Source: Octopus sinensis (taxonomy: Eukaryota). Taken from it: a stretch of DNA of 64,000 nucleotides. Positions 12,101-25,200 of this stretch are shown here, piece by piece (the first letter of the stretch is position 1; the number at the start of each line of letters is the position of its first letter). Below the pieces are notes generated by a model. It searched no databases, had not been told where the DNA came from, and saw only the letters and a list, made by a program, of their open reading frames with translations. The stretch spans positions 37,696,001 through 37,760,000 of the forward strand of contig NC_043006.1 of the NCBI RefSeq assembly GCF_006345805.1, in the 5' to 3' direction. A program made the position numbers and the translations under genes.

Positions 12101-13110
12101 AAGATGGATAAGGATGACCACCCAAATAGAATCTTCACTAATTCTTTCCTTGTCTCCAAACAGCACTGACTTTTATTCAGTCTTTCCCTCTTCCATTTTC
12201 CTTCACTTTCCCCTTGAAAAATCTTCCACTTTTTCATTCTTCATGTCACTCTCTTTTAACCAAGGTTGTATTTTTCTTCTCTCGTTCTTTCTCCCTATTC
12301 CCCACCTCTCTCCATTTTCTAGTTTTTTTTTTTTTTTACTTTCGTTCTCGAAGTTTCTCCTGCATTTAATCTTACTTTATATTATTTTTTCTTTTGTTTT
12401 TACTTTCTTTGCCCCCAATCTTCATTTAAAGAACTTCACGATTAAACATTCCTACAAATCCCAACATCAATCATAATTAATTTCCTTCCTTTTCTCTCTC
12501 TCTATTTTCTACTTCTTCTCGGGGCATAGCTTGGCTGTACCGTCTGGAGCAGCCCTTCAATTTACTGAACCCACTTCAGCTCTCCAAGACCCAACAGTTC
12601 CACTTTCATGAAAGCGTCACCCGGGTTGGACTGCTCCAGCTACGCTACTGGTTTCTTCCCATATTTGCATTTTACACCATTCCTTCAATAGTTTCTTTCC
12701 CATTTGTTCTGCAACTCCTCATTCATTCTTTCGTTCACCAATTTGATTTCTATCTCCTTTCTTTATCAAACCCTTTCATTTCGGCTTTCGATTTCCACCT
12801 TCTTCAGTTTTCCTTTCCGAAACGTATTCATCACTTTTTTCAATTCCTTTTTCATTTTAACTGTTTTCCTCTCCAAACTTTTCTTTACTTATCTTCTTTC
12901 ATTTTCCTTCTTATTCTTTCTTCACTCCAATTTATCTTTCTTAGCTTCTTTAACCCTTAAATGGCGAACATCATCAATTGATGTTTCATAAATTTTACAT
13001 GGATACGGCCGTCATCAAAGGAAAATGAATGTTTTACAGCACTTTTCGATAATGAGATTGTAACTTTTACTGTGTCTAAGACAAAACAATTATCATAGGT
13101 TTTGTGCGAA

Positions 13111-13410
13111 GGTGCGTGGCTTAGTGTTTACTATACTTGGCTCCCGATCGTAAGGTCATGAGTTCGATTTCCGGTGGTGTGTCGTGTACTTGAGCAAGAC
13201 ATTTATTTCACGTTGCTCCAGTGCACTCAGCTGGTAAAATTGAGTGGTATCTGTTGCTCAATGGTCCAGACTTGTTACATTGAATGTGTCACGCTGAATC
13301 TCCCTGAGAACTACGTTAAGGGTGCTCAGCACGTTAATTTCAAGAGCAGGCTGTTCCGTTGATCGGATCAACTGGAACCCTCGTCGTCGTAACCGACGGA
13401 GTGCCAGTTT
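13111..13410 (+). mobile_element. SINE family D (tRNA-like head, tail ...GTCGTAACCGACGGAGTGCCAG)
   Basis: Head TGGCTTAGTG / GAGTTCGATT; related segments at 7705-7925 (-), 8375-8460 (-) and 16580-16990. Confidence 0.7.
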
Positions 13411-14159
13411 GTTATAACTTTTGTTCTTAATTAAATTGAAAATAAGTATAAAAATACCTTTAAGAAAAATAGATTTTACCCGTTTGATACACACCTCAGT
13501 GCAACCCTCTCCTGCCGTTTAAGGGTTAATACAATTTGTATGTTTTTATCTTTTTCTCTTACAGCTTTTCTTACTTTACCTTACTCTTTCTTCCATCCAA
13601 CCATGGATTTTTGCTGCCCACTATTCTTGGGAGAGTCGTAGGTGTAGATTCCTCAGGCACTTCTTCCATAAGGTCCTATCAAAAGTGACCATCATACTCG
13701 TGAATGTCAGGTGGTTTGGACCTCTAGAAAGACACCAAAACAATGATAGTCCGTAGTAGTTTCAAGTTTCAAAAAAGGAAACAAGAGAGAGGGAACTCCT
13801 TGTTGTGCCTCCCTGGTAAACTCTACGCTAGGTGTTTGGAAAATAGATGGAGGGATAGTGTCGAGTCCAAGCTAGCTGGAAAATAGTGTGGCTTATTTCT
13901 GTACTGGATGCAACACAAACGACTAGATACTCACTAGACGGCAGGTCTTCGAGAAATCGTAGGAATATTGCTTGCTTTCTAGAATCGAAAACGTCTATGG
14001 CACCGTTCCTGAGTACATGCAGTGGAAAATTTCGCATCCTAGATTATTCTTCACTACCTTTCTAAATTAGTTACTTTCTTCACCTGTTCACTTCATATAT
14101 CCAGTGACTGGTGCATTCCTTTGCTCGTTCCAAGTCGATTTGTATTATCAACCACCCAT

Positions 14160-14470
14160 GATTTTTCAAAAATTTTGAGGAAAATTTTCGAAACATTTTT
14201 CATAAATTTTCCCCAAAACTTTTGAAAAATTTTTCGAAATTTTCCCCAAACATTTTTGAAAAATTTTTCGAAAATTTTCTGTCAAAATTTTAGAAAAATT
14301 ATTTGAAAATTTTCCTCCAAAATTTTAGAAAAATTATTTGGGGAAAATTTTCAAAAAATTTTTCAAAAATTTTTGGGGAAAATTTTCGATTAATTTTTCA
14401 AAAATTTTTGAAAAATCTTTCGAAAATTTTCCCCAAAAAGTTTTGAAAAATTATTTGAAAATTTTCCCCA
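14160..14470. repeat. Degenerate satellite of phased AAAATTTT tracts
   Basis: Repeated GAAAATTTTC / CAAAATTTTG units roughly every 10-13 bp. Confidence 0.85.
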
Positions 14471-14564
14471 GATATACTCACAAGTCTTTGGTCAGCCCAA
14501 GGTGTCACGCAATAGTACTGAACACAAAACCATGTTGTTGGGAATACATATATATTTATATATA

Positions 14565-15609
14565 TCTGTATATATATACGGCAAGATGTGTGTGCACGTG
14601 ATTGTAGTTTATGCACATCCACAAATTAGCACGCATGTCGCTCAAAATTTTAGGAGGACATTCGTCAACCCAGTCCTTTCTGGGTTTTGTCAACTTATTT
14701 TTTCCCGAGGCACCCGCGGATAGCGGTAAAAATCTATTTTCAGCCATATCTTTTTGACAGCGTCTAACAAAAAAACAAGATAAAGAAAAGTGGAAGAAGA
14801 GAGGCAGAGAGTTTCATGTGAAAGACAAAATGAGAGAGGGACAGAGAGTAAGTGACGACGTTCATAAAATATAAAATGTAAAATGTTTTGTCTTTTCTTA
14901 AACACGAGATATAGTGTTCAAATTCAGGATGTTTTGAAAGACACTATATTTTATAATCATAGTATATATACTTTCTCACACAACAATTACAATATATTTA
15001 TTTTAAATCGTTCATCTTTCTCCCCCCTCTCTCTCACACACATTACTTTGGGTGCGAAAGAGTTTTGTTTTTATTTTACGCCGAGTAAAAAAGTGTTTTG
15101 TTGACAATCCATTTATTTAACAACAAAGAAACAAAGAGGTGAGTAGCAATTTGTCAGTGAATTGCACAATATAAATGGGTACAATTTCCGAGGCTTCCAC
15201 CACACCCACTCCATTTCACAGACCACAAAAAGGGTTTTGTAGCATATTAGGAGGCCAGAGTAGTTGATTCCACGCAAAAAAAATCGATTATTTTTCTAAG
15301 TGAAAATCGTGTGAGTGTTAATCTTCAAATTTAATAACATTTTCCCATTCATTTCTGTTTATGAACATGTATGCATGCACAAAACATGCAATAGGTGTAC
15401 GTACGTACATGCGAGTTCGTGTCTGTTGCCCATATATTATATTATATTATATATATAATATATACGATATATATATATATAATATAACCAATTTCAACGG
15501 ATTTTGCCCAAATTTGACGTCGATATTACTTAGTTTGGTTTGAAATAAAGAACTTGATTAGCTTAATAATCGTAACTTAATCCCGGGCAAGGCCGGGTTA
15601 TACTGCTAG
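14565..15609 (+). mobile_element. Non-autonomous Helitron
   Basis: A|TC 5' end (TCTGTATATATA), 3' GC hairpin CCCGG-gcaagg-CCGGG (15582-15597), then CTAG|T at 15606-15610. The 5' boundary is less certain. Confidence 0.65.
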
Positions 15610-18224
15610 TATATATATATATATATATGTGTGTGTACTTATGTACTACACAGATATACCATACAATACAAATAGATACTTAGTGACAAAAAGATAGAGT
15701 TAATGTCAAAATGCAGTCATGAAAATAAAGTTATTCTGAGCAAATTATTGCTGTGAAATAGAACACCATTGATTTACTGGATATAAAAAAATAAGTTCAG
15801 CCACTTCATTGCACTGAACATTAATATTCCCATCGAAAATATTTCTTCATTGATATACTACCTGGTATACCAACCCCAGGGAGAAGCAGGATAGAACCAA
15901 CTTTAACTATAAAATAACACACACACAGTCATTTGTGTATTAAACTTAATATAAATACATTATGACAGGCAAAATTTACTCTGGTATTCGGCTGGAGATA
16001 ATATCTCCTACAGACATCCTGGTATTCAACATTCCGAGATATGCAAAGAATTATATCACAGAAATCATGCACAACAACAGCTGCCAATGCAAACACCATT
16101 TGTAGTGTGTATATGTCCTTGTTACATGATGACCCACAAGTTTCTTCTGTACTGCTTTCATTTTGAAGACATCTTTATTGCTGGGAATCCTATTTGGTTC
16201 ACAAAAAAAAAAAGAGAGAGAAAGAGTGTGAAAAGTAATAAAGAGAAAGCTGGGCTGTTATACAAATCATTATTAGCAATGTGTTCCTTACCTTGCAATA
16301 GACCGAACAAAATTGTTTTAATTTAAACATAAGCATTAAACAAAGGCGTGAATTGAAATTGCTTCATGAAAAATATTTTAACCTGATGGAGGACTTTTTA
16401 TGTTGTTGATGCATTTTAAGGAACCGAGTTCCTTCAAATGTCCAGAAGGCTGCCTAAATGTAGTTGACAGATGATGTTACTTCACTGACCTAAAAAACAG
16501 GAGTGGCAGTGGGTATCTCAAAAGCATAGTTAAAGTTTAAGGTTTCAAAAGGTTTCTCTCTAAGCAAAAGGTAGATTGGTAGTGCATGGCTGAGTGGTTA
16601 GGGTGTTGGATTCATGACTGTAAGACTGTGGTTTCGATTCCCAAACAGGGCAGTATGATGTGCTCTTAAGCAAAGCACTTTACTCCAGTCTGCCCAGTTG
16701 TCAACAAATAACCCTGGTATTTTGTTCAAGGAGAATGTTGTAATCTCGCCATAGAAACCAAGTAACCAGCTCTATGAATCCTAGGACTTGATATAATGAT
16801 ATCTAAGGGTTGAATGATGTGGAGGTGCATGGCTTAATGGTTAGATTTTGATTCCTGAATCAAGTAATATGGTGTGTTCGTCAGCAAAGCACTTCATTTC
16901 ATAATGCTCCAGTCCACTTACCTGATAAAATGAATAATCCTGCAATTGACTGGCATCCCATCCAGGGAGAAATATATATGGCACAGAATCTGGGAAACTG
17001 GCCCTATGCTCCTCATGGAGTAATATGGACTAACAAAAGGGTAGATTGTATGATGGCTTCTCTTGTTGTTTCCATAAATGAGGGTTCAGCTGAAAACAGC
17101 TGAAATTACTTTTCACCCTATGGTTACCTGTGTGCAGGGTCAAAGCTGAAAAGTCCAGTAGTATCCTCTACCTGTCCTCATCAACTCTTTCCCTACAGCC
17201 ACTAAATTTATGAAGAACGTGTGATGGTGCTGGTGTTGATGTCTGCTGAACAAACTGCACACTAAATATTATTATAAAAGAGCAACACTCTCTCTCATCC
17301 TTCAAACTTGTTTTGGCTAGGTGCAACAGGTGCTACAAACCAAGACGTTTTCGGGATAAAGGAAATGTATGGAGTTACCTTCACTTAGCTGAGCAGCTAA
17401 ATAACTGAAAGGATTTCATCTGCTATTCTTCCATTGTGGTATTTACGAGTTATCTCCTGGAGGCAATTCCACGCCATGCTACTTAACTCATACCTGGGCC
17501 CTGATACTGATGCTACTATTCTCTCTAGGTCACAGTTGACCTGGGAGCGACAGTAGCTAAGGAGTAATTCTATACTCCACGAAACCCTGGAATTCTCAAA
17601 CCAACACCCCACTAACGGATGCAGTTTAAAGCTAAACTTTCTTAGTAAAGAGTGGATTGTACAATGCTGGTGTATAAAGTATGATAAGAACTGTTGGACA
17701 TGTAATATTAGTATACATGCACAACATAGTAAATTCTGTTCTTTTCCATCAAACCTATACTCGTGCGTTCAGAGGGTGAGAGATGTTAGTACATTAATAA
17801 TTTTGAAGTAAAAGAACAATCAAGAAACAAGGGGAATAACTTCAAAGTCAAGTTTATATTCAAGAGTTAGTTCCCTTTGTCATTTTCTTCAAGATACTAA
17901 CTCAATGGTTTTCGTGACGTTTTTATTTGTCCCCCTCCCACCCCCGCTTCTTCTTGGAGGAAGAGGAAATGATATAATTGAGTAGCTTATTACAATTTAT
18001 TTCTGTTAGAATAAATTCATTAAGGCAATTCTTGAGTGCTTTAACAGAATCTGGGAAACTGGCCCTATGCTCCTCATGGATTAATATGGAATAACCAAAG
18101 GGTAGATTGTATGGTGGCCTCTCTTGTTGTTTCAATGAATGAGGGTTCAGCTGAAAACAGCTGAAATTTCTTCTTTTCACCCTATGGTCATCTGTGTGCA
18201 GGGTCAAAGCTGAAGACGTCCAGT

Positions 18225-18545
18225 TTGCCTCCATGAGTCCCAATACTCGAAAAGTTTTCATAAGATGCCTCCAGCATGGGTGCCAGTTATGTTGACACCA
18301 GCATCAGCCATGATGCTGATTTCACTTGGCTTGACAGGTCCTCTCAAGCACAGCATATAGCCAAAAGTCTCGGTCACTAGTCATTGCTACTGTGAGGCTC
18401 AGAGTTCGAAGATCGTGCTTCAGCAGTTTGACCCATGTCTTCCTGGGTCTACCTCTACCACAGGTTCCCTCTACAGTTGGAGATCGGCTCAGCTGTCCTT
18501 GTCCATACACATCACATGATCATACCAGCCTATTCAAAGTTTAAT
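18225..18545 (-). pseudogene. Decayed RTE C-terminus/3' UTR fragment (same family as the 22-27 kb LINE)
   Basis: TVEGTCGRGRPRKTWVKLLKHDLRTLSLTVAMTSDRDFW. Confidence 0.8.
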
Positions 18546-18574
18546 ACTCTCTCTCTCTCTCTCTCTTTTTACTC

Positions 18575-18771
18575 TTTTACTTGTTTCAGTCATTTGACTG
18601 TGCCATGCTGGAGCACCGCCTTTAGTCGAGCAAATCGACCCCAGGACTTATTCTTTGTAAGCCTAGTACTTATTCAATCGGTCTCTTTTGCTGAACCACT
18701 AAGTTACGGGGACATAAACACACCAGCATCTGTTGTCAAGTGATGTTGGGGGGATAAACACAGACAAACAT

Positions 18772-18816
<45 letters not shown>

Positions 18817-18965
18817 ACAGGGTTCTTTCAGTTTCTGTCTACCAAATCCACTCACAAGGTTTTGGTCGGCCCGAGGCTATAGTAGAAGACACTTGCCCAA
18901 GATGCCACACTGTGAGACTGAACCCGGAAGCAAGATACTTACCACACAGCCACTTCTGCACCTAT
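18575..18965 (-). mobile_element. SINE family A
   Basis: Full head-to-tail match to the family A unit. Confidence 0.85.
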
Positions 18966-19239
18966 GAAGTTTTCAGGATGGTTAACTGGTAGAATTGCTT
19001 GCACATTCGGAGAAAATGCTTCATAACATTTTATCTGGCTCTTTATGCTCTGAGTTCATATCCTGCCAATGTCAATTTTGCCTTTCATTCTTTCGATGGT
19101 CATTAAAATGAAGTACCAGTCAACTTCACCCTCCCCTCAAAATTACTGCTCTTGGACCCTGTAATGGACCAGCATCCCATTCAGGGGGAAATGTTATGAT
19201 ATTAGCTCCTTATTAGCCAAGGAAACCAAGTAACAGACA

Positions 19240-20460
19240 CTATCACTCCAAAGGTCCCCTTTCCATGCTGGCATGGGTTGGACGGTTTGACTGACGGCTG
19301 GCAAGCTAGGAGGCACGAGAGCCAGTCAGGTGGGCCTGGCATCAATCACGTTCAGATAGTGCTTTTTATGTGCCACTGACATGGGGACCAGTCAGGGAGT
19401 ACTGGTATCGATCACTTTCAGATAGTGCTTTTTATCTGAATGTGATATATAATAATCATCATCATCATTTACAGTCCATTGTCCATGCTGGCATGGGTTG
19501 GAGGGTTTGACTGGGGTTGGCATGCTGGAAGGCTGCACCAGACTCCAGTTTGATTTGGCATGATTTTCAAAGGCTGGATGCCATTCCTAGCGCCAACCAC
19601 TCCAAGAGTGTAATTGGTGCTTTTATGTGCCACCAGCACAGGTGCCATTTGTGTGACACCAGTATCTGCCACAACTGCAATTTTGCTTGGCTTAGTGGCT
19701 CTTCTTCTCAAGCACGACATAATGCCAAAGGTCTCGGTCATTGCCTCCGTGAGGCCCAACACTTGAGAGTAACTCAGCTACTTTGCCTCCATGACGCCAA
19801 ATGCTCAAAAGGAACTCAGCCATTTTGCCTTTGTGGGGTCCAACACTCGAAAGGTGTTCAGCCACTTTGCCTCCATGAGTCCCAATACTCGAAAAGTGTT
19901 CATTAGATGCCTCCAGCATGGGTGCCAATTATGTGACACCAGCATCAGCCATGACTTTGAGTTCACTTGGTTTGACAGGTCCTCTCAAGCACAGCATATT
20001 GCCAAAGGTTTCGGTCACTAGTCATTGCTACTGTGGGGCTCAGAGTTCAAGGATCATGCTTCACCACCTCGTCCCATGTCTTCCTGGGTCTACCTCTACC
20101 ACAGGTTCCTTTTACAATTAGAGATTGACACTTCTTTACACAGCTGTCCTCGTTCATTTGCATCAAATGACCATACCAGTGCAGTCATCTCTCTTGTACA
20201 CCACATCTGATGCCTTATATATATATGATTCAGTTGAATTAGGTACATAAGTTGAGGCACAAAGCCAATCTGGTACCATCCACACACAAATGTAACCCCG
20301 TGCCAGTGGCATGTAAAAACACCCACTACACTCTCAGAGTGGTTGGCCATGGGAAGGGTATCCAGCTGTAGAAAACTGGAGTCTGGTGTAGCCTTCCAGC
20401 ATGACAGCTCCAGTCAAAGTGTCCAACCCATGCCAGCTTAGACAACGGCCATTAAATGAT
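19240..20460. mobile_element. Mosaic of decayed RTE 3'-end fragments in both orientations
   Basis: RTE tail CATGCTGGCATGGGTTGG and C-terminal GRGRPRKTW remnants (about 20070-20110, minus). Confidence 0.7.
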
Positions 20461-20464
20461 GATA

Positions 20465-21182
20465 TCTTTATATATATAAAACTGAGAATGTGTGTCTGTC
20501 TGTGTGTTTCCCTAAAACTTGAGAACTACACGACCAATTTCATTCAAATTTTACACATGCCTTACTTAGGGTCCATGTAGTTTCATGGGCAAAAAAAAAT
20601 GTTCAACTTCTTGCCTAGAACGAGCCCATAGCAAAATCATATCTTCTCCACTATTTCAGTATTACGTGTCAAAAGTGAAACAAAAATATTTCTCTATTTT
20701 ATGTCAGATGCTTTCACTTTAACAATAAAAATAATAATAACAATTGAATTATATGTAGTAAGTAATAATTAAAATCAAACTAAAGTATAATATAATCGTA
20801 ACATACAAAAGTAAAAATAGCAATTGGTATAAAATTGCATCAATGATTTGAACTTGAATAAGTGGTTTCACATGAATGGGAATAAATTAAAAATAAAATT
20901 AGTGTGCAGAAATGGAATAGTCCAGATGGTTAATAAAAAATTAAATTAAAGAAAAGACTATTGTCTATAAAGTATACAATGTAGAGAAAAAAGAAGAGCT
21001 AACAATTCCAGTCTGTTACATATTTTGAGTATTGTTATCACTAGCAATATCAAGATATAACTTTGTATTTTGCATTTTATGTGTAGATGTATATAGATGT
21101 ACATGTAATATGTACACATATATATACACATATATACATGCACTAGCACTATGACCCGGCAACGACGGGTCTTTAATGCTAG
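20465..21182 (+). mobile_element. Non-autonomous Helitron
   Basis: A|TC...TATATATAAAA 5' end; 3' hairpin ACCCG-gcaacga-CGGGT followed by CTAG|T (21179-21183). Confidence 0.75.
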
Positions 21183-21634
21183 TATATATATATATAATGC
21201 AGTTAAATATATGTCCAGTCATAGAGTAACCGATGGTTTCACATCCAAACAGCACTTAGTTAAGTGCTTTACGGATGCGAAACCATTGGTCACTTAACTG
21301 CATATGAATATATTACTGCTCTATTCTTTAGAATATACCTTTTTATCGGATGATCCACTGACAATACATAAACATACATACATACATATATACACACACA
21401 CATATATATATATTAGCGTTTTTTTTAATAACTTGCTAGCATTCTCCTTATATCATATTCTTACATTTGCTGTAATCACATTCGGTTAAAATGGCTTTTG
21501 TTCCCTTTTTTTCTCTGATGATTGCATTGTCTTACATAATTTTTGTTCCCTCTGGAATAATCTCAATGCTTTCTTCTAAACATACATGATTTGAATAACA
21601 CCTGTGTTTGACTCCATTTCTTAATTTATCCATG

Positions 21635-21675
<41 letters not shown>

Positions 21676-21863
21676 CATATATACATACATACATACATAC
21701 AGTAGAATCATGGTTTTCGAACAACTCTGATCATGAATAAATTGTACTTTATCTCCTGTCTTTCTCATATTCATTTAATACAGTAGACTTTGGTTTACAA
21801 ACACCTCTGATCACAAATAAATCATGCTTGAAATCCATCAATCTATCTTTCTATCTATCTATT

Positions 21864-21896
<33 letters not shown>

Positions 21897-21923
21897 TTCT
21901 CTCTCTCTCTCTCTATTTCTCTC

Positions 21924-21974
<51 letters not shown>

Positions 21975-21984
21975 TATATTATAT

Positions 21985-22191
21985 TTCCCAACTTCCACTC
22001 ATAGAAACTTATGCACACAACCGCAAACCTTTCCATCTCAAATCTTGCCTTTCTTACTTTCGTCTAAATCTCGTCTTCTCCCAGTGCCCGGTGTCGTTTT
22101 TGCCCCTCTGTTATCACCATGTCTCTCTCCCTCCCTCTCTCTCTCTCTCTCTCTTTCTCTGCGGTGTCGTTTTCTCCCTCTGTTATCGCTG

Positions 22192-22226
<35 letters not shown>

Positions 22227-25200
22227 TTCACTTTCACTCGCTGCCACAGGCTTCTACCCACACCTCCGCACCCCCTCCCCTATAAAACCCTACGCACGAG
22301 GCTTGACCGCCCTTATTATTGCTTTCTTCCTGGCTATAACACACGAACTACGAACCGCAGGATGATGAATAATACCAGCTAAGTCATATTTAAGTTCACG
22401 ACCTGTCCCTCTTTCATTGTTTTTGCAAGTATTATTATCACCATCAAGCCTTATTATTGTGTCCCCCATATATTATCATTATCCTTCGTCTCAAATGCTA
22501 ACTGAAGCATATAAACTTTCGCTCACAAAAACTTATTCACACGACCGCAAAAAAAAACATCTCGTCTCAAATCTGGTCTTTCTGTCGCTTAATTCTCTAA
22601 CCCATCTTTCCCAACTTCCACTCATAGAAACTTATGCACACGACCGCAAACCTTTCCATCTCAAATCTTGCCTTTCTTACTGCCGCCTAAATCTCGTCTT
22701 CTCCCAGTGCGCAGTTCGCCCGCCCTCACCACCAGTACCGGAAGTCCTTATCTCACCTTGCCTTCCTTTGCTTTTCTTCCATGAACACCTAAAGGCCTTA
22801 AACCAATACCACCCCTTCTATATATGGTGGTGACCATACGGCGCAAAAACATGTTAGTGCAGTGTAACAGGTTGAACTTAAGTTCATTGCTTGCTTATGA
22901 ATTCTGCCAAATGCGAGTTTTCTTCTTCTTTTCAGGTACATGACGGCACTGCTCCCCGTCCCTGGGCCTCTCGGGTCAATACCTTCCACCCCCTCAGGGT
23001 GGGCACCCTAACGCTGGCACACTGAAAGGTAGGTCTGGCGAGATAGTCGAGATGCTTGAACGGAGACGTGTTGACGTATGTTGTATGCAAGAAATAAGGT
23101 GAGAGGAGGATCTGCTAGGTTCCTCACAGGCAAGGAACACAGGTACAAGATTTTCTGGGCAGGGAACACTGACGGGGTTGGTGGCGTGGGTATACTTATC
23201 GCTGAGAAATGGATAGATAGAGTAATTGAGGTAATCAGAGTAAGTGACAGAATACTTAAGATTAGAATAGTGCTTCATAATAGATTAGCAACCATTATAT
23301 CGGCCTATGCCCCTCAGCCAGGGCTACCCGATGGACAGAAAGACAGTTTCTATGACACCCTACTGCAGACCACCTCATTGACGAACGACAGGGACCTTCT
23401 CTTTGTGGCTGGTGATTTCAATGGGCATGTTGGACGACATGCTGGGGGCTTCCATGGCGTGCATGGAGGCTACGGTTATGGTTCCCGCAACGAGGAGGGA
23501 ACCAGGCTGCTGGAGTTCTGCGATGCGAATAGTCTTATGATCTGCAACACTAACTTCAGGAAACCAACAAGCCACCTGGTCACCTACCGATCGGGCCGGC
23601 ATACTAGCCAAATCGACTACATCCTCGCCAGAAAAAGGGAAAGATGGCTGCTTATAAATGCCAAAACCTTCCCAGGCGAAGAATGCACCCCACAACATAG
23701 ACTGGTAGTTAGTGACTTTAGGATCAGGACTAAGAGGGCGACTAGAAGACGACCAACATGGAAGAAGGGTCTGGAAGCTTAAAGACCCTGCGAATGGACA
23801 GAGATTTAGAGATATGTTACTTGAAGCCTTTGACGAAGTGGAAGGGGGTATAGCTACACATGGGGTAGAAGACAACTGGACGTTTCTGAGGGACAACCTG
23901 CTGAAAGCCGCTGACCAGATCTGTGGCTGGTGCAAAGTCCCTTAAGACCCAAAATAACATGGTGGTGGAACAATATTGTTGATAGGGCTATCAGACAAAA
24001 AGAACAGGCTTGGAAGGCCTGGAAGAACGGTGGTAGCAGGGAAGTGTATCAGACTGCCAGAAGGGAAGCTAGGAGACAGGTCTATCTAGCCAGAGGGGAA
24101 GCAGATAAAAGAAAATTTGCCAATGTCCTGCGCCGTGAGGATGAAAGACTTGAGGTATTTCGTGTTGCAAGACAGTGTGTGAGAGAGAATCGAGATGTGG
24201 TAGGACAGAAATGTGTTCGCATGGAGGATGGTTCACTTGCGCTAAATGAGGATGCAAAGAGAGAAGCTTGGAGACGCCACTATGAAAGGTTGCTGAATGA
24301 GAAAATGAATGGGATAAAGAGAGTCTGCCGAATGTTGACCCAACAGAGGGACCAGCTATCCGAGTTGATAGTTCCGTGGTAGCTAAGGCAATTAGAAGCA
24401 TGAAGACAGGGAAGCCCCAGGCCCATCAGGAATTACTGCAGAGATGCTCTCAAATATCTGGTAGTGTCGGCTATAGCATAGTCACCCGTATAGTTAACCA
24501 GGTGATACACGAAGGAGTCATACCCAATGACTGGTGTAGCAGCATAATAGTCAACTGCTACAAAGGTAAAGGCGATGCCCTAGATACAAATAACTACAGG
24601 GGCATCAAGCTGTTGGATCAGGTAATGAAGGTTACGGAGAGGGTTATAGCCCAGTTAATTAGAGAGAGAGTTAGCTTAGATGATATGCAGTTTGGGTTCG
24701 TGCCAGGGAAAAGTACTACTGATGCTATATTCTTGGTAGACAGCTGCAGGAGAAATACCTAGCCAAAGGTAAGCCCTTGTACCTGGCTTTTGTTGACTTA
24801 GAGAAAGCCTTAGACAGGGTCCCCCGATCCCTTATCTGGTGGTCAATGAGGAAACTAGGGATAGATGAATGGTTAGTGAGAGCTGTGCGAGCCATGTACA
24901 GAGATGCAGCTAGTAAGGTGAGGGTTGGCAACGAGTACAGTGAAGAATTCCGGGTAGAGGTTGGGTCCACCAAGGTTCAGTCCTCAGCCCCCTCCTATTT
25001 ATCATAGTCCTCCAGGCAATAACGGAAGAATTTAAGACAGGATGCCCCTGGGAGCTCCTATATGCTGATGACCTTGCTCTAATTGCTGAGTCACTATCAG
25101 AACTGGAGAAGTTTCAGGTGTGGAAACAAGGATTAGAATCGAAGGGCCTTAGAATCAACCTAGCCAAACCAAAGTCCTAATAAGTAGAAGGTGGACCAAC

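Noticed and set aside
13560-14160. Possible coding or retroelement relic
   Set aside because: No recognisable motif in any frame; left unassigned.
22000-22890. HDV-like ribozyme in the RTE 5' UTR (known for some RTEs)
   Set aside because: I could not trace the nested double pseudoknot by eye; needs an RNAMotif/Infernal search.
23375-23935. 186-aa antisense ORF in the LINE
   Set aside because: Shadow frame of the RTE coding sequence.
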